The translations under genes and the position numbers were made by a program. A DNA stretch of 64,000 nt from Octopus sinensis. Taxonomy: Eukaryota. Below are positions 26,179 through 40,972 of the stretch, piece by piece (the stretch's first letter is position 1; every line of letters starts with the position of its first letter). Below the pieces are notes generated by a model. It was not told where the DNA came from. It was given only the letters and a program-made list of their open reading frames with translations, and made no database searches. The stretch is taken from the NCBI RefSeq assembly GCF_006345805.1, contig NC_042999.1, forward strand, positions 172,980,001 to 173,044,000, written 5' to 3'.

Positions 26179-27881
26179 ATTAATAAGAGGCTATATCGTT
26201 TTTTTGTTAAATATTAATATCTCCAATATAAAAAATTGAACCAATTACAAAAGCATTTTTCCCTTTCTTTTTTTAAATACTACTATATAAAATGCAATAG
26301 TAAAGACTTTGATAAGCTGTCCCCTGCCTCCACCCTGATAACTTGTCTGGGACCACCCACTTTCTCTAATCTCTATGTGTAATTCTACTATATTTGAAGA
26401 ATAATTAATTGCAATGTGAATATCATCAGAGTATTCTTGACGCTAATATCGTCTGCGCTCTGCTGGTGGTCAGCAGCTTAAATTTACTTTTGTCAGCTAC
26501 GTGGCTATTTAAAAATGATCAATTGAATGTTTTTGTACAATTTCTATGCGGAAATATGTGACAACCTTGGTGCCCCACTCACTAAAATACTTTTTAATCA
26601 GACTTTCAATCAAAATAGACAGACGTTTTAGCGCAACTCAGCGCTGTTGTGTAAATATATTTATTATTAAAGCAAATCTAAATAAAATATGAAAATTATC
26701 AGGAGACTAAGTACTAGAAGGCTATTTGGAGATTAAGATTTCAAAAACAATCATTGTATATAAAGCTATATGTGCAACAACATAAAACATACAATTATTG
26801 TATATCTATGGAAACTTTTCTTCTACAGATGTTTAAAAAATTAAACATTGTGTCATTAAATTAAAATTAAATTCCTTTTATTCAGAAAGAAACCGCCTGC
26901 AGTACTGAGTCACCGATTATTATTGAAGCTGATAACACCTGTATGCTAATTATTTTCAGGGTAACAGATCCGACGTTTAAATCTTGTTTTTCGAAATTTC
27001 TGGTCTTGCACCTAAATCAGAAATCGTTCTTATTAATACTATCTGGTATTTCATGTCTGTATATAAATATTTCATTATTTATGTCATCAGCCAAACAAAA
27101 TTTGATTTGAAAAGCTAGGGTTGTAGCTTTTGAGACTTGAAAGCCAGACATATTTCTCATTAATCGCAACGGGGTAAATATTCCTGTGACACTTAATCTA
27201 TATTTTTTGAGAAGCAGAATGCCTAGTTAAATTTGATAAATGACCATTATTAATTATTGAAAGGTATTTATTACAGTGCTATACCATTTTACCAACTTTT
27301 GCATTGCATATTTTGACATAGATGAACAAAATGCTACGTTTAAATCAACGAAATGTTAACTCCAAACTGGAAAAACTAAAGAACTGGCACGTTTTTATGG
27401 TGTATATATCAACGCTCCTCCACGTTTCTATAAAAATTGTTAATGAATTGTTTACGGTGAAATTGTATATATGTGTTTTTTTTTTAATTTCGTAATTTTT
27501 GATGCATTAAGTTTAGATCAACAAGATAAAATTGACTTCATGGAAAAGAATGAATAATCAATAATTTGTTGTTTCTATTCAAAACAATAACGATGTTTTG
27601 CAATGAAATACTAAAAAGCTATAGTGGTTCGGATTTCCATTTATTCAATTTCACAATTGAAACTTTTGTTTTGTTCCGTGAAAGTATAAATTGATCGCTA
27701 ATTACAAGTATAGAAACCGGAAGACTATTGATGATTATTAAACGCAGAATCACTTTACCCAGCAACAAATAAAATTATAAAAATGTATAGTTCAATAAGT
27801 CTAAGGAAAGGCATTGATAACAACTGCCTTGTGTTGTATAATAAAACATTAAACATATATATATATATACATATACATATG

Positions 27882-27916
<35 letters not shown>

Positions 27917-28149
27917 ACATACACATATATACGCACAAATATATACACATGTCAACATATATGTGTATGTATGTATGTATTTGAAGTATGTGCACTTATA
28001 AAAAGTTTGGTCTGCAGCTGTAAAACATTCTCAAAGATCAAGGAAAAGCGACCTACTCACACTTGTGTTCCTTTCAGAATATATTTAACCCTAACTTGAC
28101 TGTATTTAGCAACACTTGTATTCAATAGATCATTCATACTTTATTCAAA

Positions 28150-29020
28150 CAGATGTGAAGGCACGTGCAAAAATCGGTTAACCTTCTGTAAACAGAATGA
28201 AAATGATGGCTACGTGAAATTTGTACTTGGAGATGAAGGACTGTAATTAGGTGTTAGAGCTTAAAATGGGGTTTGAATATGATTTGGATAAGGTGAAGGG
28301 GTAGAGGATATTAGTTTCGTAGAAGTAATAGGCAGCAGCAAGCTTTGAAGAGTACAGACCTCATCATTACTGGTAAAAAATTGAAGAGAGAATGCATCTG
28401 TGAGACTGAGGTTTAAAACTTTTCATGAGCCATTTTGCATTGATCACGTTAGATGCATTTCTTCTGACTGAATGAGTGTAGTATCATGCTTGCCCCACAT
28501 CTGAAAGCAGTGTTTAATGTGAGTCACAAGAGCTTTATATACAGCCAGTAAGTTTTAGTCAAGTGAATTTTTTGTGGCTCTGAAGAGGGGAGTCATTCAC
28601 AGTGATATAGTAGTCGGGATGTTGACAGTTTGCATTCATTAAAAAATATTCTCACTAATGGTAGCTATAACATTTGTAGAAACTTTGAGTATTCTACATA
28701 TGTGCTATTTGTATTTAGGATGTCATAGAATACAGTATATTTTTTCTTGATATGTGTAATATATGTTCATCTGTCAAGCTGACATTGACAGAATTTAATG
28801 AGCAAACTGGACGATACTTAACACTGGAGGGTCTTGTCTTCAAGGATGTTTGGTTTCTGAAATTTAAGAAAGAATGAAGAGCAGTAACAGCTGCATTAGA
28901 TGTGACTGATCTTAGAAGAGACGATAAGTAAGACGTACATGTATAGTAGAAAGAAAGCGGGGCAGACAACAGACCTTCATGTGTCAAAGATGAATTTGTC
29001 AGATTTTCCAAATACTATCT
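28150..29020 (-). mobile_element. Degraded CR1/L2-like LINE RT region
   Basis: Minus strand gives EGLLSAPLSF (QGS.L.P.LF-like), TSNAAVTALHSFLNF (YADD region, eroded) and LAVYKALVTHIKHCFQMWG (LYKA..RP..EYC..IWG-like). Confidence 0.6.
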
Positions 29021-29639
29021 GTATCCAACGAATTTAGAGATTAAAGATGCTACGAGATTATTGCTATTTAACAATATCATCGGAACTGGAAGTAAATGGC
29101 AAAATATTGCATAGAATATATCAATCTGTAGATTCTTCTTCTCCATGTAGAAGAATTTTAGCTATCAGTTTCAAGTTCCTCTTATTTTTCTGAAATATTT
29201 TGAAATCGGTTGAACGTTACCTCTCGTAGTGAGACCAGTAATATTAAACACGAAGTAATATTAAACAACATGGCTAATATTAAACTCTAAAACATCCGTC
29301 TATTTGCACGATGACACATGAACTTGAAAACTGACGAATATTTGACGTCTCATTTGGTATCTCACTTGGACCTAAAACTCGAAATAACTGTCTTCTTTAT
29401 TCTAGACACGTAAAACATCTAATCCATAAGTTTGTTCTGCAAGAAGGATCTACACGTGCCCCAATAAATGGACGACGGAGTCATAAACACATTTTCAAAA
29501 AGAAGTTGATGTATGTAAAGTTTTTAAATTAACAAGCATCATGCAGTTCGACATAGTGCCACTGTATGACCATTCGATCGTATAGCAGCCAAAGCATTGC
29601 ATAAATCTGCATCCTGCAAGCGCAGGATAGCTTTGCTCT

Positions 29640-29760
29640 AGTAGCCAATTAGTTGCGTGCAGCTCAGTTTTGTTAGTAATACGTGGTTTGGACTTGGTAA
29701 ACAGGATGGCTTCATATATTCTCAGATTTCCAGTGTTTTGTTTTAACAAATGACTGAAAC
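29640..29760 (-). mobile_element. Possible Penelope GIY-YIG C-terminal remnant
   Basis: NLRIYEAILFTKSKPRITNKTE resembles the L.I.EA..I....P.LN end of PLE endonucleases; short match only. Confidence 0.4.
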
Positions 29761-29783
29761 GAATAAAACAATGAATATATATA

Positions 29784-29829
<46 letters not shown>

Positions 29830-30138
29830 ATGATATGATATATTCATATTTGTATATCTATGTATATGTATATAAGTGTTTATTTAGATCTCACCATATA
29901 TGTGCATATGTCTTTGTGTGCGTGTGTGTGTATATGCATGTGTGTGTGTACGTGTGTATATGCATGTGCGTGTGTACGTGTGTGAGAATGAAATATGTAA
30001 TCAAAATCATGCATCCAGCATAGGGAGTCGATCGAGCAAATAAAGGCTCCATCGTATGCTCGAATATGTTGTACTAGCCATATATGTATTAATTTTCGAT
30101 ATAATAATAACGACATCTATTTACTTCTCTCTTTTCAG

Positions 30139-30399
30139 AAACACAAAAAATGCACGCCGACAGCAAAGGCTCATGAAAAATACCGCATCGTATTTCAAGA
30201 TTGCCGCAGCGTGAAGGAACACCGCCTGAAGTTCTGTTCAAACTGTAAAGTAAATCGTTGTTGTTATCCACAAATAACACGTCATCGGACGATTGAATTT
30301 GAATGCTCCAAGCGCGAACGCGTGTTCCTATCGTTCATGTGGATTAAAAAATGCCAATGTGGACATAAATGTTACGCAAATAAAATTATTGATTCATAA
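30139..30399 (+). CDS. CCN: CCN-family protein, terminal coding exon (C-terminal cystine-knot, CT, domain)
   Basis: Acceptor ttctctcttttcAG ends at 30138; phase 0 matches the TSP1 exon. Translation KHKKCTPTAKAHEKYRIVFQDCRSVKEHRLKFCSNCKVNRCCYPQITRHRTIEFECSKRERVFLSFMWIKKCQCGHKCYANKIIDS* has 10 Cys in CCN CT spacing (KKC, C, KFC..C, RCC.P, F.C, IK.C.C...C). Stop TAA at 30397-30399. Confidence 0.93.
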   Translation, partial: KHKKCTPTAKAHEKYRIVFQDCRSVKEHRLKFCSNCKVNRCCYPQITRHRTIEFECSKRERVFLSFMWIKKCQCGHKCYANKIIDS

Positions 30400-30539
30400 C
30401 CAAACATTCAAAGAGATCGATAAAGAAGAATATTTTATAGATGGTGACGAAGAGAAATATATAACAAAACCTCAGTTGGAGGAACATACACAGGCAGATA
30501 ATATTCATGCATTCATACATGCAATCGCATATATATTGA

Positions 30540-30563
30540 TGATGTTTCAACATATATATATAT

Positions 30564-30622
<59 letters not shown>

Positions 30623-30759
30623 CTGTTACACGCATAAGATTACGTGCGTACACTGAAAAAGAGAGACGTTACGCAAAATATATCAACGTATAATCGTATA
30701 TAAATATCCATATACGTATATATATATACATGCATATATATATATATATATATATACAT

Positions 30760-30801
<42 letters not shown>

Positions 30802-31213
30802 TATATGTATGTATATATGTATGTGTGTATGTGTGCATATGTATGCATATAAACAAGCAGACATCTACATTTTTGTGGGTGTATAGGTGTGTGTGTGCAT
30901 GTGTGCATATATATATATTATATATATACAAATATACACATATATGTGTATGTATATATATTATATATATATATACGCACACATATAAAATGTATGTAAG
31001 AGTATGTGTGTTAGTAGAAAAGGAAAGGAACTCCATATTATGTGAACTATATATAATATACAAAAGTTATATAATTTTGTTCTCTTCAATTTTTACACAC
31101 GTCTAAGCGTGTATAAAATAAATAATTTACATACATATGCATGTATATAGATATATGTTGTATATATATATATATATATATTTACAGACAGGCATAGGTA
31201 GATATATGTGTGT

Positions 31214-31255
<42 letters not shown>

Positions 31256-31806
31256 GTATGTAATATATATTATATATATATAAATATATATATATATTAT
31301 AATATATATATATGTATGTATATATATTTAAGCATACTTGCAAACATATACATCAGAATGTCATAAAAATATCTTTCATGTATAACTGAGCTGATCTATG
31401 AAAATATGGAATACGAAAGACAAAGAAATATATCAGAAAAATAACCACTAATAATAACGCAAAAAATATTGAAACTGCATCGTGCAATGGTCGTAAATGT
31501 AATATTATATTCATGAAATACTACCGAAAATATGTCTGTTGTATAAATATTAAAGATTCAGTCTGCTAAACAATGGAGAATTGAGTTCAATTAAAATTTA
31601 GATTGGTATTATAGAAATGACACGTAAAAAAAGTTTCACCACAAATGCATACCTACGTTTATACATGCCTACAAATATATAGACATTCATATATAAATGC
31701 ACAATGCGTATACATTATATATACATACATACATATATGTATATATATATGTGTGTGTATGTATGTATATATTTACACACACAAACACACACATATATAT
31801 ATATGC

Positions 31807-31874
<68 letters not shown>

Positions 31875-32400
31875 TATATATATATATATATATATATATG
31901 TACATATATATATATACATACATAAAAATATATTCATATGTACATGAACTAACTTAGACACAATACAGACACATACAACAAATATATATGTTTATATATA
32001 TATATGAAATTATATGTGCTTGTCTATGTGAATTTTTAAATATGTAAATGCGTTATGACACTTGTATATTCCTATATTGTAGAATTACAACCTTGCATAT
32101 ATACACACTCACACATACACACACTCACAAACATATATACATATTGTAATATGCTGACGTGCATATATATATATATATATATACTCACATATATATGCAT
32201 ATGGATGTATTGTTACATATATATGTGAGTGTAGATGCATGGGTGTATAAATGCATATAATATATGTCCATATATATATATGTACATATATGTACACACA
32301 CACACACACACACACACACACTCATATACATATATATATATATATTATATATATATATAATATATATATATATCATATATATATTTGTGTGATCTGATAA
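30540..32400. repeat. Extensive (TA)n/(CA)n/(TATG)n microsatellite field directly after the CCN stop codon
   Basis: Directly visible; source of many Ile/Tyr-rich spurious ORFs. Confidence 0.9.
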
Positions 32401-32747
32401 CTGGCACAATTCCATTGCTTCAGATGTAATGGTTATGTATCAGTGGTCAGAACACACCAGCGCAATGAGGAATTTGTACACACTTGTAGGTTCTATTATT
32501 AAAAAATAAATTGGAAAGACATGATAGCTTGAGTGTTTTCCTAAGACATAATATGCATCTTCTAAAGCAGTATCCTAGAATTGTGTTCAAGCATGCTCCA
32601 GTAATATCATTTGTCAATTACTCCACAAGTACAGCAAAAAATTAAAGCATTCTTTACATACATGTGTTTGTGAGTGTGTGTGTATGTGTATGTGTGTGCC
32701 TGTCTGTATAAATATATATATATACATATATATATATACATACATAC

Positions 32748-32796
<49 letters not shown>

Positions 32797-33011
32797 ATAT
32801 ATATATATTATATATATACATATATAAATTGTTTGTGCATTCTATTCTAATAAGAGCAATTTTACAAAATTCTGATGGGTTACTCGTTACTTTTTTAAAG
32901 CAGAAAAATTATTATTCCTATAAAAGAATATCTGTAAGAGCGACTTCGATATTTCTGCCAAACAAGATGGCCGAAGCTTGCAATTTTCTGTCAATAATAT
33001 TCTCGTTAATG

Positions 33012-33043
<32 letters not shown>

Positions 33044-33088
33044 TCATATACATATATATATATATATTATATATATATATATTATATA

Positions 33089-33124
<36 letters not shown>

Positions 33125-33185
33125 AAGATATATATATATACACATATGTACAGTGAGTTAGAATATTAATATATATATATTAAGG

Positions 33186-33232
<47 letters not shown>

Positions 33233-33652
33233 TATGTACAGAGAGTGAGAGCTTAACGTAGACAGATAATCTGTGGGTATGGAAAAACAACATCGCTTTT
33301 GAAATATGATGTTTATTTGTAAAGTGATGAATATACGTTGTGAAGCAAGTTCGGAATATAAGTTATTAAAATTGCAAAACGAACACCTACTACACCAGAA
33401 TCTATACCAACATATTTACACACATACACAGACACATATATTCCCGCGCATAAACATGAGTGCACACCTCTGAAAGCACACCCGCAAGCACGCACGCGCA
33501 CATATACATACCTATATACACAAATAAAGGAAATCTGTAAATGCACGCACGTGAGCTGTTATATGTACAGGCATATCCATTCAGACATTTAGTAAGTATT
33601 TAACACAATACCTATGGGCAATCTAGCTACCTATATACAGCTATATGAATAT

Positions 33653-33694
<42 letters not shown>

Positions 33695-33826
33695 ATACTA
33701 CATATGTATATTGATACATATGTACATGACCGTAATCGCATAACTGAAACTTAAAAAAACATATTACATGTATCTATGTATATATATATAATATATATGT
33801 ATGTATATATATATATAATATATACG

Positions 33827-33861
<35 letters not shown>

Positions 33862-34298
33862 TATATATATATATATAGTATAGATAACTATATATAATTA
33901 CATATGCGTAATACGCACACACATATAATCGTTTGTTTTAATATAGGCTTGCATGTATAAATTGATGATTAGGGTTTTCCATTATTAGATTCTAAGATTA
34001 TAAGCAATTCTTTCTAATACATTGCACGCTGGAAAACATATGTTGAACAGATACCATGTAAGTGAAGGTGTAGGCAATTAAAATGTACAGATTTTACGTA
34101 TAACTGACATTTTTTCATACTGATGGTCAAAAATTCGGAACTGTGGACATATTGACCATGGAAGCACTAGTCAGTAATATATGTATACATAAATTACAGC
34201 TTTAATCATGAATATTTCCTTTGTTCTTACAATACATAGTACATAAGAAAAGGTTCGGAAGATTCTAAGTATACATACACACTCACACACAAGCACAA

Positions 34299-34342
<44 letters not shown>

Positions 34343-34418
34343 TAGTGTGTTACTACATAGTCTATAACAAATAGTTAGAAACTGATCTACAGTTATAAAA
34401 TATCCAAAATGTATATTA

Positions 34419-34419
<1 letters not shown>

Positions 34420-34458
<39 letters not shown>

Positions 34459-35041
34459 TATTATTATTTATTATTTATTATTTATTATTATTATTTATAT
34501 ACACACACATATAAAATGTATATGCGGAAAGATATATAAAAAATATATGCACAATATATATATCTTATTATATATATATATCATATATATATATATATAT
34601 ATCATATAAGCAATATTTGTAGTTACGTACATACATATTCAAACACACACACATACGACTTTGAAACGTAGGATTATTTACTGCAAGTAAGCTACCTCTA
34701 TATCCATGTTAGTGCTAGTATGAAATAGATTAGAGATAGAGCCATATTATACGATGTGTATTTCTCCAATACATGTTTGTGTGTGTGTGTGTGTGTGTAT
34801 GTGTGTTCATGTATGTATTAGTATATATGCATTTATGAATATATATATCTGTTTTTGTAGAGTTGTGTATTAAGTTATCTAGAATCTAGGCATGTAACAA
34901 TTATTAAGCACCCCATATTATGCATTATAATTCGAAGTCCACCCGTAAATAATTCATAGTTGATGTTTAACATACACGTAAAGCAAAGATGCGTGTGCAG
35001 ATCTTATAATATATGTGGGGTATATATCTATCTATCTATCA

Positions 35042-35119
<78 letters not shown>

Positions 35120-35634
35120 ATATATATTATATATATATATATATGTATGTATATATATATATGTATATATATATATGCATATAATATTATATAACATACA
35201 GTACATATATATACATATATACATATAGATATACATATATATATATATATATATATAATACATGCATATACGATATATATATATACATAATATATATATA
35301 CATATATATTATATAACATATTATAATATATATATACATTATATAATATATACATATATTATATATCATATATATAATATATATCTATAGATATATAATA
35401 TATATATCATATATATATATATATATATTATACATAATATATATATACATATATATATATACATATATATATATATACATTAATATATATACATATATAT
35501 ATATATACATAATATATATATATATAACATATATATATAATATAATATATATATACATACAATATATAATATATATATATATACATATATATATATACAT
35601 ATGATATACATATATTATATATTATATATATATT

Positions 35635-35677
<43 letters not shown>

Positions 35678-35719
35678 TATATACTATCATATATATATAT
35701 ATAATATACATACATATAT

Positions 35720-35759
<40 letters not shown>

Positions 35760-35880
35760 CAATATATACATACACACCATAGATATTATAATATTATATA
35801 CATACATATATATACATACACAACACATATATATATATAATAATATTATATATATATAGATATATATATATACATATCAT
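34420..35880. repeat. Microsatellite field: (TAT)n, (TATC)n at ~35025-35120, then ~750 bp of degenerate (TA)n
   Basis: Directly visible. Confidence 0.9.
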
Positions 35881-36506
35881 ACAGCGATTATTTAACCAAA
35901 GAAAACACAAGGTACACTATTACAAAATGCAATATTATCTTAATATAAATGTATGAATGGCGCAGAAATTAGCACTTCATCAGATGAGGAATATGAAAAA
36001 TATATACTTGTCGTATCCAATTAGATTAAAAGTGCAAAACTCAAACACGATGCATAACGAATTCATATATTAATATATATAATTAAAACAAAGATTACTC
36101 TTAGTTTAATAATTATTTATTTATTTTACTTTTACTTTTTATGAAAACATAGATTCTCTGATAAACCCATACGTTAGTTTTATGTTATTCCTCTCACGAA
36201 AAGCTTAGTTCCGCTCCACTGAGACAACTGTAAGCTCGTGAATAATTTGATGAATTTACCTTGATATATTATATGTATTCCTAGAGACAGACACACACAC
36301 ATATGTGTGTGTGTGAGTGTACGTGAGCGCGTGTGTATGTGTATACTTACACGTACACACACACACGCACACACACACATATATATATGTATATAGATAT
36401 TATGTATATACATATACATGCCTATACGTATATGTATACATACATGAATGTATATATATATAATATATCTGAATACATACACACACACTATATATATACG
36501 TATACA

Positions 36507-36553
<47 letters not shown>

Positions 36554-36700
36554 ATATATACATACATATCTATACCAGAGGGAGAGAGAGAAAGATTCTA
36601 AGAAGCAACTTCTGCAGATTCATTTTTCATCAACATCTCATTTTGTATATGTTTCGGAGTTCCCGTAATTTACCGCTACCTGCATTTATTTTGATTTGCT

Positions 36701-36731
<31 letters not shown>

Positions 36732-37199
36732 TATGCAGCAGTTTCAAGTCTTATAATATATTATTGAGAATGCATAGTTTGCCGTAAAATTTCCTGAATT
36801 ATCAACAATTTAATTGGACGTATGGAAGTATTTCAATATGTATAACCAAAAGATTACGACGGCAACTAATTTAAGAATATGAATAAGTATAAAACAGGAG
36901 GAGAAAGTACTTAGATAGAAGGAAAGACGGAGTGGGGTCGAAAGCAGAAAGAGAGAAAATAATATACATATATTTTAAATATTTATTTTATAGCACAGTA
37001 TATGAATTAGAGTAATCAGAGTAATTAAGAGTAGTACTCTTTAAAATGTCCCTTAATCTATCATATCGTTTTATATACAGAATATATAAAACGATGGAAG
37101 AGAAAACGTGAATGAGTGTATAAATTTATAAATGACAAAGAAATAATATGATGATAATTTATTGAACAATCTTCATACTATTTCTCTATGATTTATAAA

Positions 37200-37365
37200 T
37201 TCCTATATCCTTGTTTTCTCTCCTTGTTTTCTGTGTCCCTTTCTGTAGAAGAGCGTAGGCTCGAAACGTAAAAGACTGTTTCTATTCCTGAGCGTTATAC
37301 TAATACATCTGTTTGTTTTGTACACCACCTGTCTTCGTGTTTTGTTTTCTTCGTAAACTCTCCCT
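37200..37365 (+). mobile_element. Penelope-like pseudo-LTR with minimal hammerhead motif at 37239-37274
   Basis: CTTT-CTGTAGA-A-GAGC(GTAG)GCTC-GAA-ACGT-A-AAAG; same family as 17125-17295, opposite orientation. Confidence 0.65.
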
Positions 37366-38747
37366 ATATATATTTATACATATACATATAAAAATACAAA
37401 ATTTTTAATTTTAGGATTTTAAAAAAAATATGCTAGACCACTGGTTCTAATTGATTAATATCAATTTCTACCCTTATTTAATTTTAAATATATATATATA
37501 TGTATGTATAAGGGTGAAAAGGAACACACGAGTTGATATATATGAAAAAACAAGTCAAAATAGAAAATGCGAAAATAATTTTAAATACCGAAACCGGTAC
37601 TGAAATGTTCTTTATAAAATTATTTTAGCATTTTCTATTTTGACTTGTTTTTTCACATATATATATATATATATACATGTATGCAGGGGTCTGCGTGTGT
37701 GTATATAGATGTACATATATACATTTACACACACATATACATATATATGTGATTAGACCCAATTGCGTTCATATATTTATATATATATATGTGTGTATAT
37801 ATATGCTGGTATGATCACATACACATATGTATGAATGTCTATACGTGCGTTTTTCTATATGTATAAATATATCAATTTACTGTTGGAAATAAGTGTACTC
37901 AATATCCAATGACATACTCGTTATCAATAATAGATTTTATGCTAGCTGGAGTCTATTGCTGCACTGAGTTTCACATGCAAGCTCTTCAGGCAACCTTTGA
38001 AGTTATGATACGTATACATATATATATTCAAAGGAACTCACGCATATACGTGTATCAGCCTAGATTTAAGATATAGCCATGCATCCTGAGATACATTTTC
38101 AGTTTAAGTAATGATGAAGTTTTCACTACTACAGATTAGTTCATAGTTACAGCTATACAGTTGACTTCAAACAGAATATGGAAATCTGTATCTACTTTTT
38201 CTATTTATTTTTACCTTTGAAAATCTTTAATTTACAAATAACTAGCTGATGTGAAAAGGAAAGTAACTGTAAAAGACTACCGAAATGTATCTCATATTCT
38301 GAAGTCTTTGCAAAATGTATCATAAATATTTGAACTTGTAATATTTGAAGATGTATATATATATATATATAAAGGGAAAGTTTGCGAAAATAATTTAAGA
38401 ATATATATATATATCAATATAGGGATTGTATTATTAAAATACCATCACAAGTGGTAAGCGAATTATTAGCCGTACAGGCAAATTAATACTATATATACAT
38501 ACAATATTACATATGTACAGAAGGGTACTATATGAGTACCTAAATCGCTAATTATAGAAGACATTTAAAATAAAAGTTATTGTACCACCGAAAAGTCAAA
38601 TCTATTACAGACAAGATAGGGAAAAATATCTGTGAACAATAATAATGTCTAACCTCAAATTCTATGTATATATATAGAGAGAATACAATATAATATATAC
38701 ATATATATATATATATTTGTATGTATGTATATGTATGTATATGTATG

Positions 38748-38781
<34 letters not shown>

Positions 38782-39027
38782 TGTATGAATATAGTAGTGA
38801 TAATTAGCGGAATTTTTCTACATCTATGCTTTTATTAAAGTGTTATCCTTTTCTGGAAAGAGCATTCTTTTCTGGATTTATGCAGGTTGCAACTGCGTCG
38901 TCTGTGCTCTGTTAAATATGCATATGAAACCAATTTAAGAGGAAACACGGTTACCACCTGGAATTTATATCCCTTTAAACACACACGCACACACATGTAT
39001 ATATACATTCACACACACACACACATA

Positions 39028-39330
39028 TTTGTTGTGACCCCCTTCGGTCAGACACTGACCATGGGCTTGCACCTTGAGAGTTACTCTCTGGGGCACAAGT
39101 CTGGGCAAGGTTGTTTTATGAAAGACCATCAGTCGCCAGTGTTATCCAAGGGAAAGGCAAGGGCCGATACTGCTTGGCACCTATGACATCGCAACTCATT
39201 TCTACAGCTGAGTGTAGCAACGGGCAATAAAGCGCCTTGCTCAAGAACACAAAACGCAGCCCGGTCCGGGATTCGAGCTCACAACCACACGATCGTAAGC
39301 TCGACGCTCTAACCACTGAGCCACGCGCCT
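39028..39330 (-). mobile_element. tRNA-derived SINE with conserved central domain
   Basis: Minus-strand head GGCGCGTGGCTCAGTGGTTAGAGCG..GCTCGAATCCCG (A/B boxes), then tgtgttcttgagcaagg..ctcagctgtagaaatgag; (TG)n tail. Related fragment at ~41020-41180. Confidence 0.8.
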
Positions 39331-39507
39331 TTACGTATATATATATATATATAATATATATATATATATTATATATAATATATATATTTTATATTAATAT
39401 ATATATTTTAATATATATATATATATTTATATATATATATATATATTTATAATAATTATTATATAATATATATATAATTTATATATATATTATATATATA
39501 TATATAT

Positions 39508-39549
<42 letters not shown>

Positions 39550-40584
39550 CGTAGGTGCGTGTGTCTGCGTGTGTGCGTGCATATATACTGAGATCCGTGT
39601 GATCTATAAGGGTCATGGTGCAGTTAGTTAGTTTACAACAGGTCTGTACACGGTTTGTATAGATGACATAAAGCAGATGATACTGGATCAACAAATTATT
39701 TGTCCCATGTTTAATTTGATGGCGACTTCAATAGGTAATTCAGATTTTCTTGGAAAAATTTGTTGTATGGATTTACATTTTCGTTTCCCTACATGTATCA
39801 GCTTATGTGGAAGTACGTGTGAGTACATTTGTGTATGTATACATATATATAAACATACACATAAATGTATACTTGTGTGCGTGTATGTATGATAAATGCA
39901 TAGGTGTGTTTTTGGTTGTGCAAAAGTTAATTTTAAATTTCAACGTGCGTAATGGTCCACTAGCCACGGTAGAAGATTGGTAGCATAGTCAATATTGTTT
40001 GATATAATCCCAAAACGTGTTTCTGGTCAGCAAAACTTGTCTCATGTAACAATCTGAAATTTCAATTAAATATCTTAAAACTTCGTAAACTATTGGAAGT
40101 TTTTACATTTTTTGTAAAGAAAATTTTACAAAAGGTGTCATATACACAGTGACCAATGAGAAAGTGCATTCTAGAACATCCGTTAAAGTATTCTGTCATA
40201 TTTTAAGTATTAAATTGCCATGTTACAGTCAAGGAAACCACGTCTGATATGAAATTGAAGGAATGCATCTGCTGATATTGGCGAATTTGGAGTTATCTAA
40301 CAATGATCACATATGATGAAATGTGTTCCTAAAGCTATAAGTTTGTTGTGTACTTGTGTGTGTGGGTGTGTGTGTGTGGGTGTGTGCGTGTGTGTGTGTT
40401 TCTGTGTGTGGAAGTTACTATAATGTGTATAGTTATTGGTATACTGAGTATATAAAAATACTTGAGCTCATTTGAAAAATCCATGTTTTAACTTTCAGGA
40501 CCATGTATCGCACCCTGCTTTTTTTCTTGCATGTAAATACGTACGTAATACACACACGCGCACACACGTATAATCGTATGTATG

Positions 40585-40672
<88 letters not shown>

Positions 40673-40911
40673 GTGGTGTGTGTGGCGTGTCGTGGTGTGT
40701 TGTGTGTGCTTGCCTGCGTGACTGTGTGAATGTTCATGTATATGTATATATATATGTATGTATGTCTCTATGTATATATATATATATATATATATATGAA
40801 TATATAAATATATATGTATATATGTATGTAATATATATATGTTTGTGTGAATACATATATACACATATTCACACACATGTGTATCTCCCTCTCTCTCTCT
40901 ATATATATATA

Positions 40912-40972
<61 letters not shown>

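Larger units (their letters stand above)
9758..30138 (+). other. GT-AG intron (~20.4 kb) of the CCN gene, filled with TE remnants and microsatellites
   Basis: GT at 9758 and AG at 30137-30138; the reading frame is preserved across the join (...VKSE|KHKKC...). Confidence 0.85.

Noticed and set aside
26440-26510. MARE-like TGCTGGTGGTCAGCA, and scattered TEAD (CATTCC) and octamer (ATGCAAAT) motifs elsewhere
   Set aside because: Inexact or short matches expected by chance in 64 kb; no clustering I can support.
39255-39330. tRNA-like sequence (similar heads at ~7832-7900 and ~62781-62850)
   Set aside because: Each continues into a SINE body present in other copies and does not give a clean cloverleaf with an acceptor stem; these are SINE heads, not tRNA genes.
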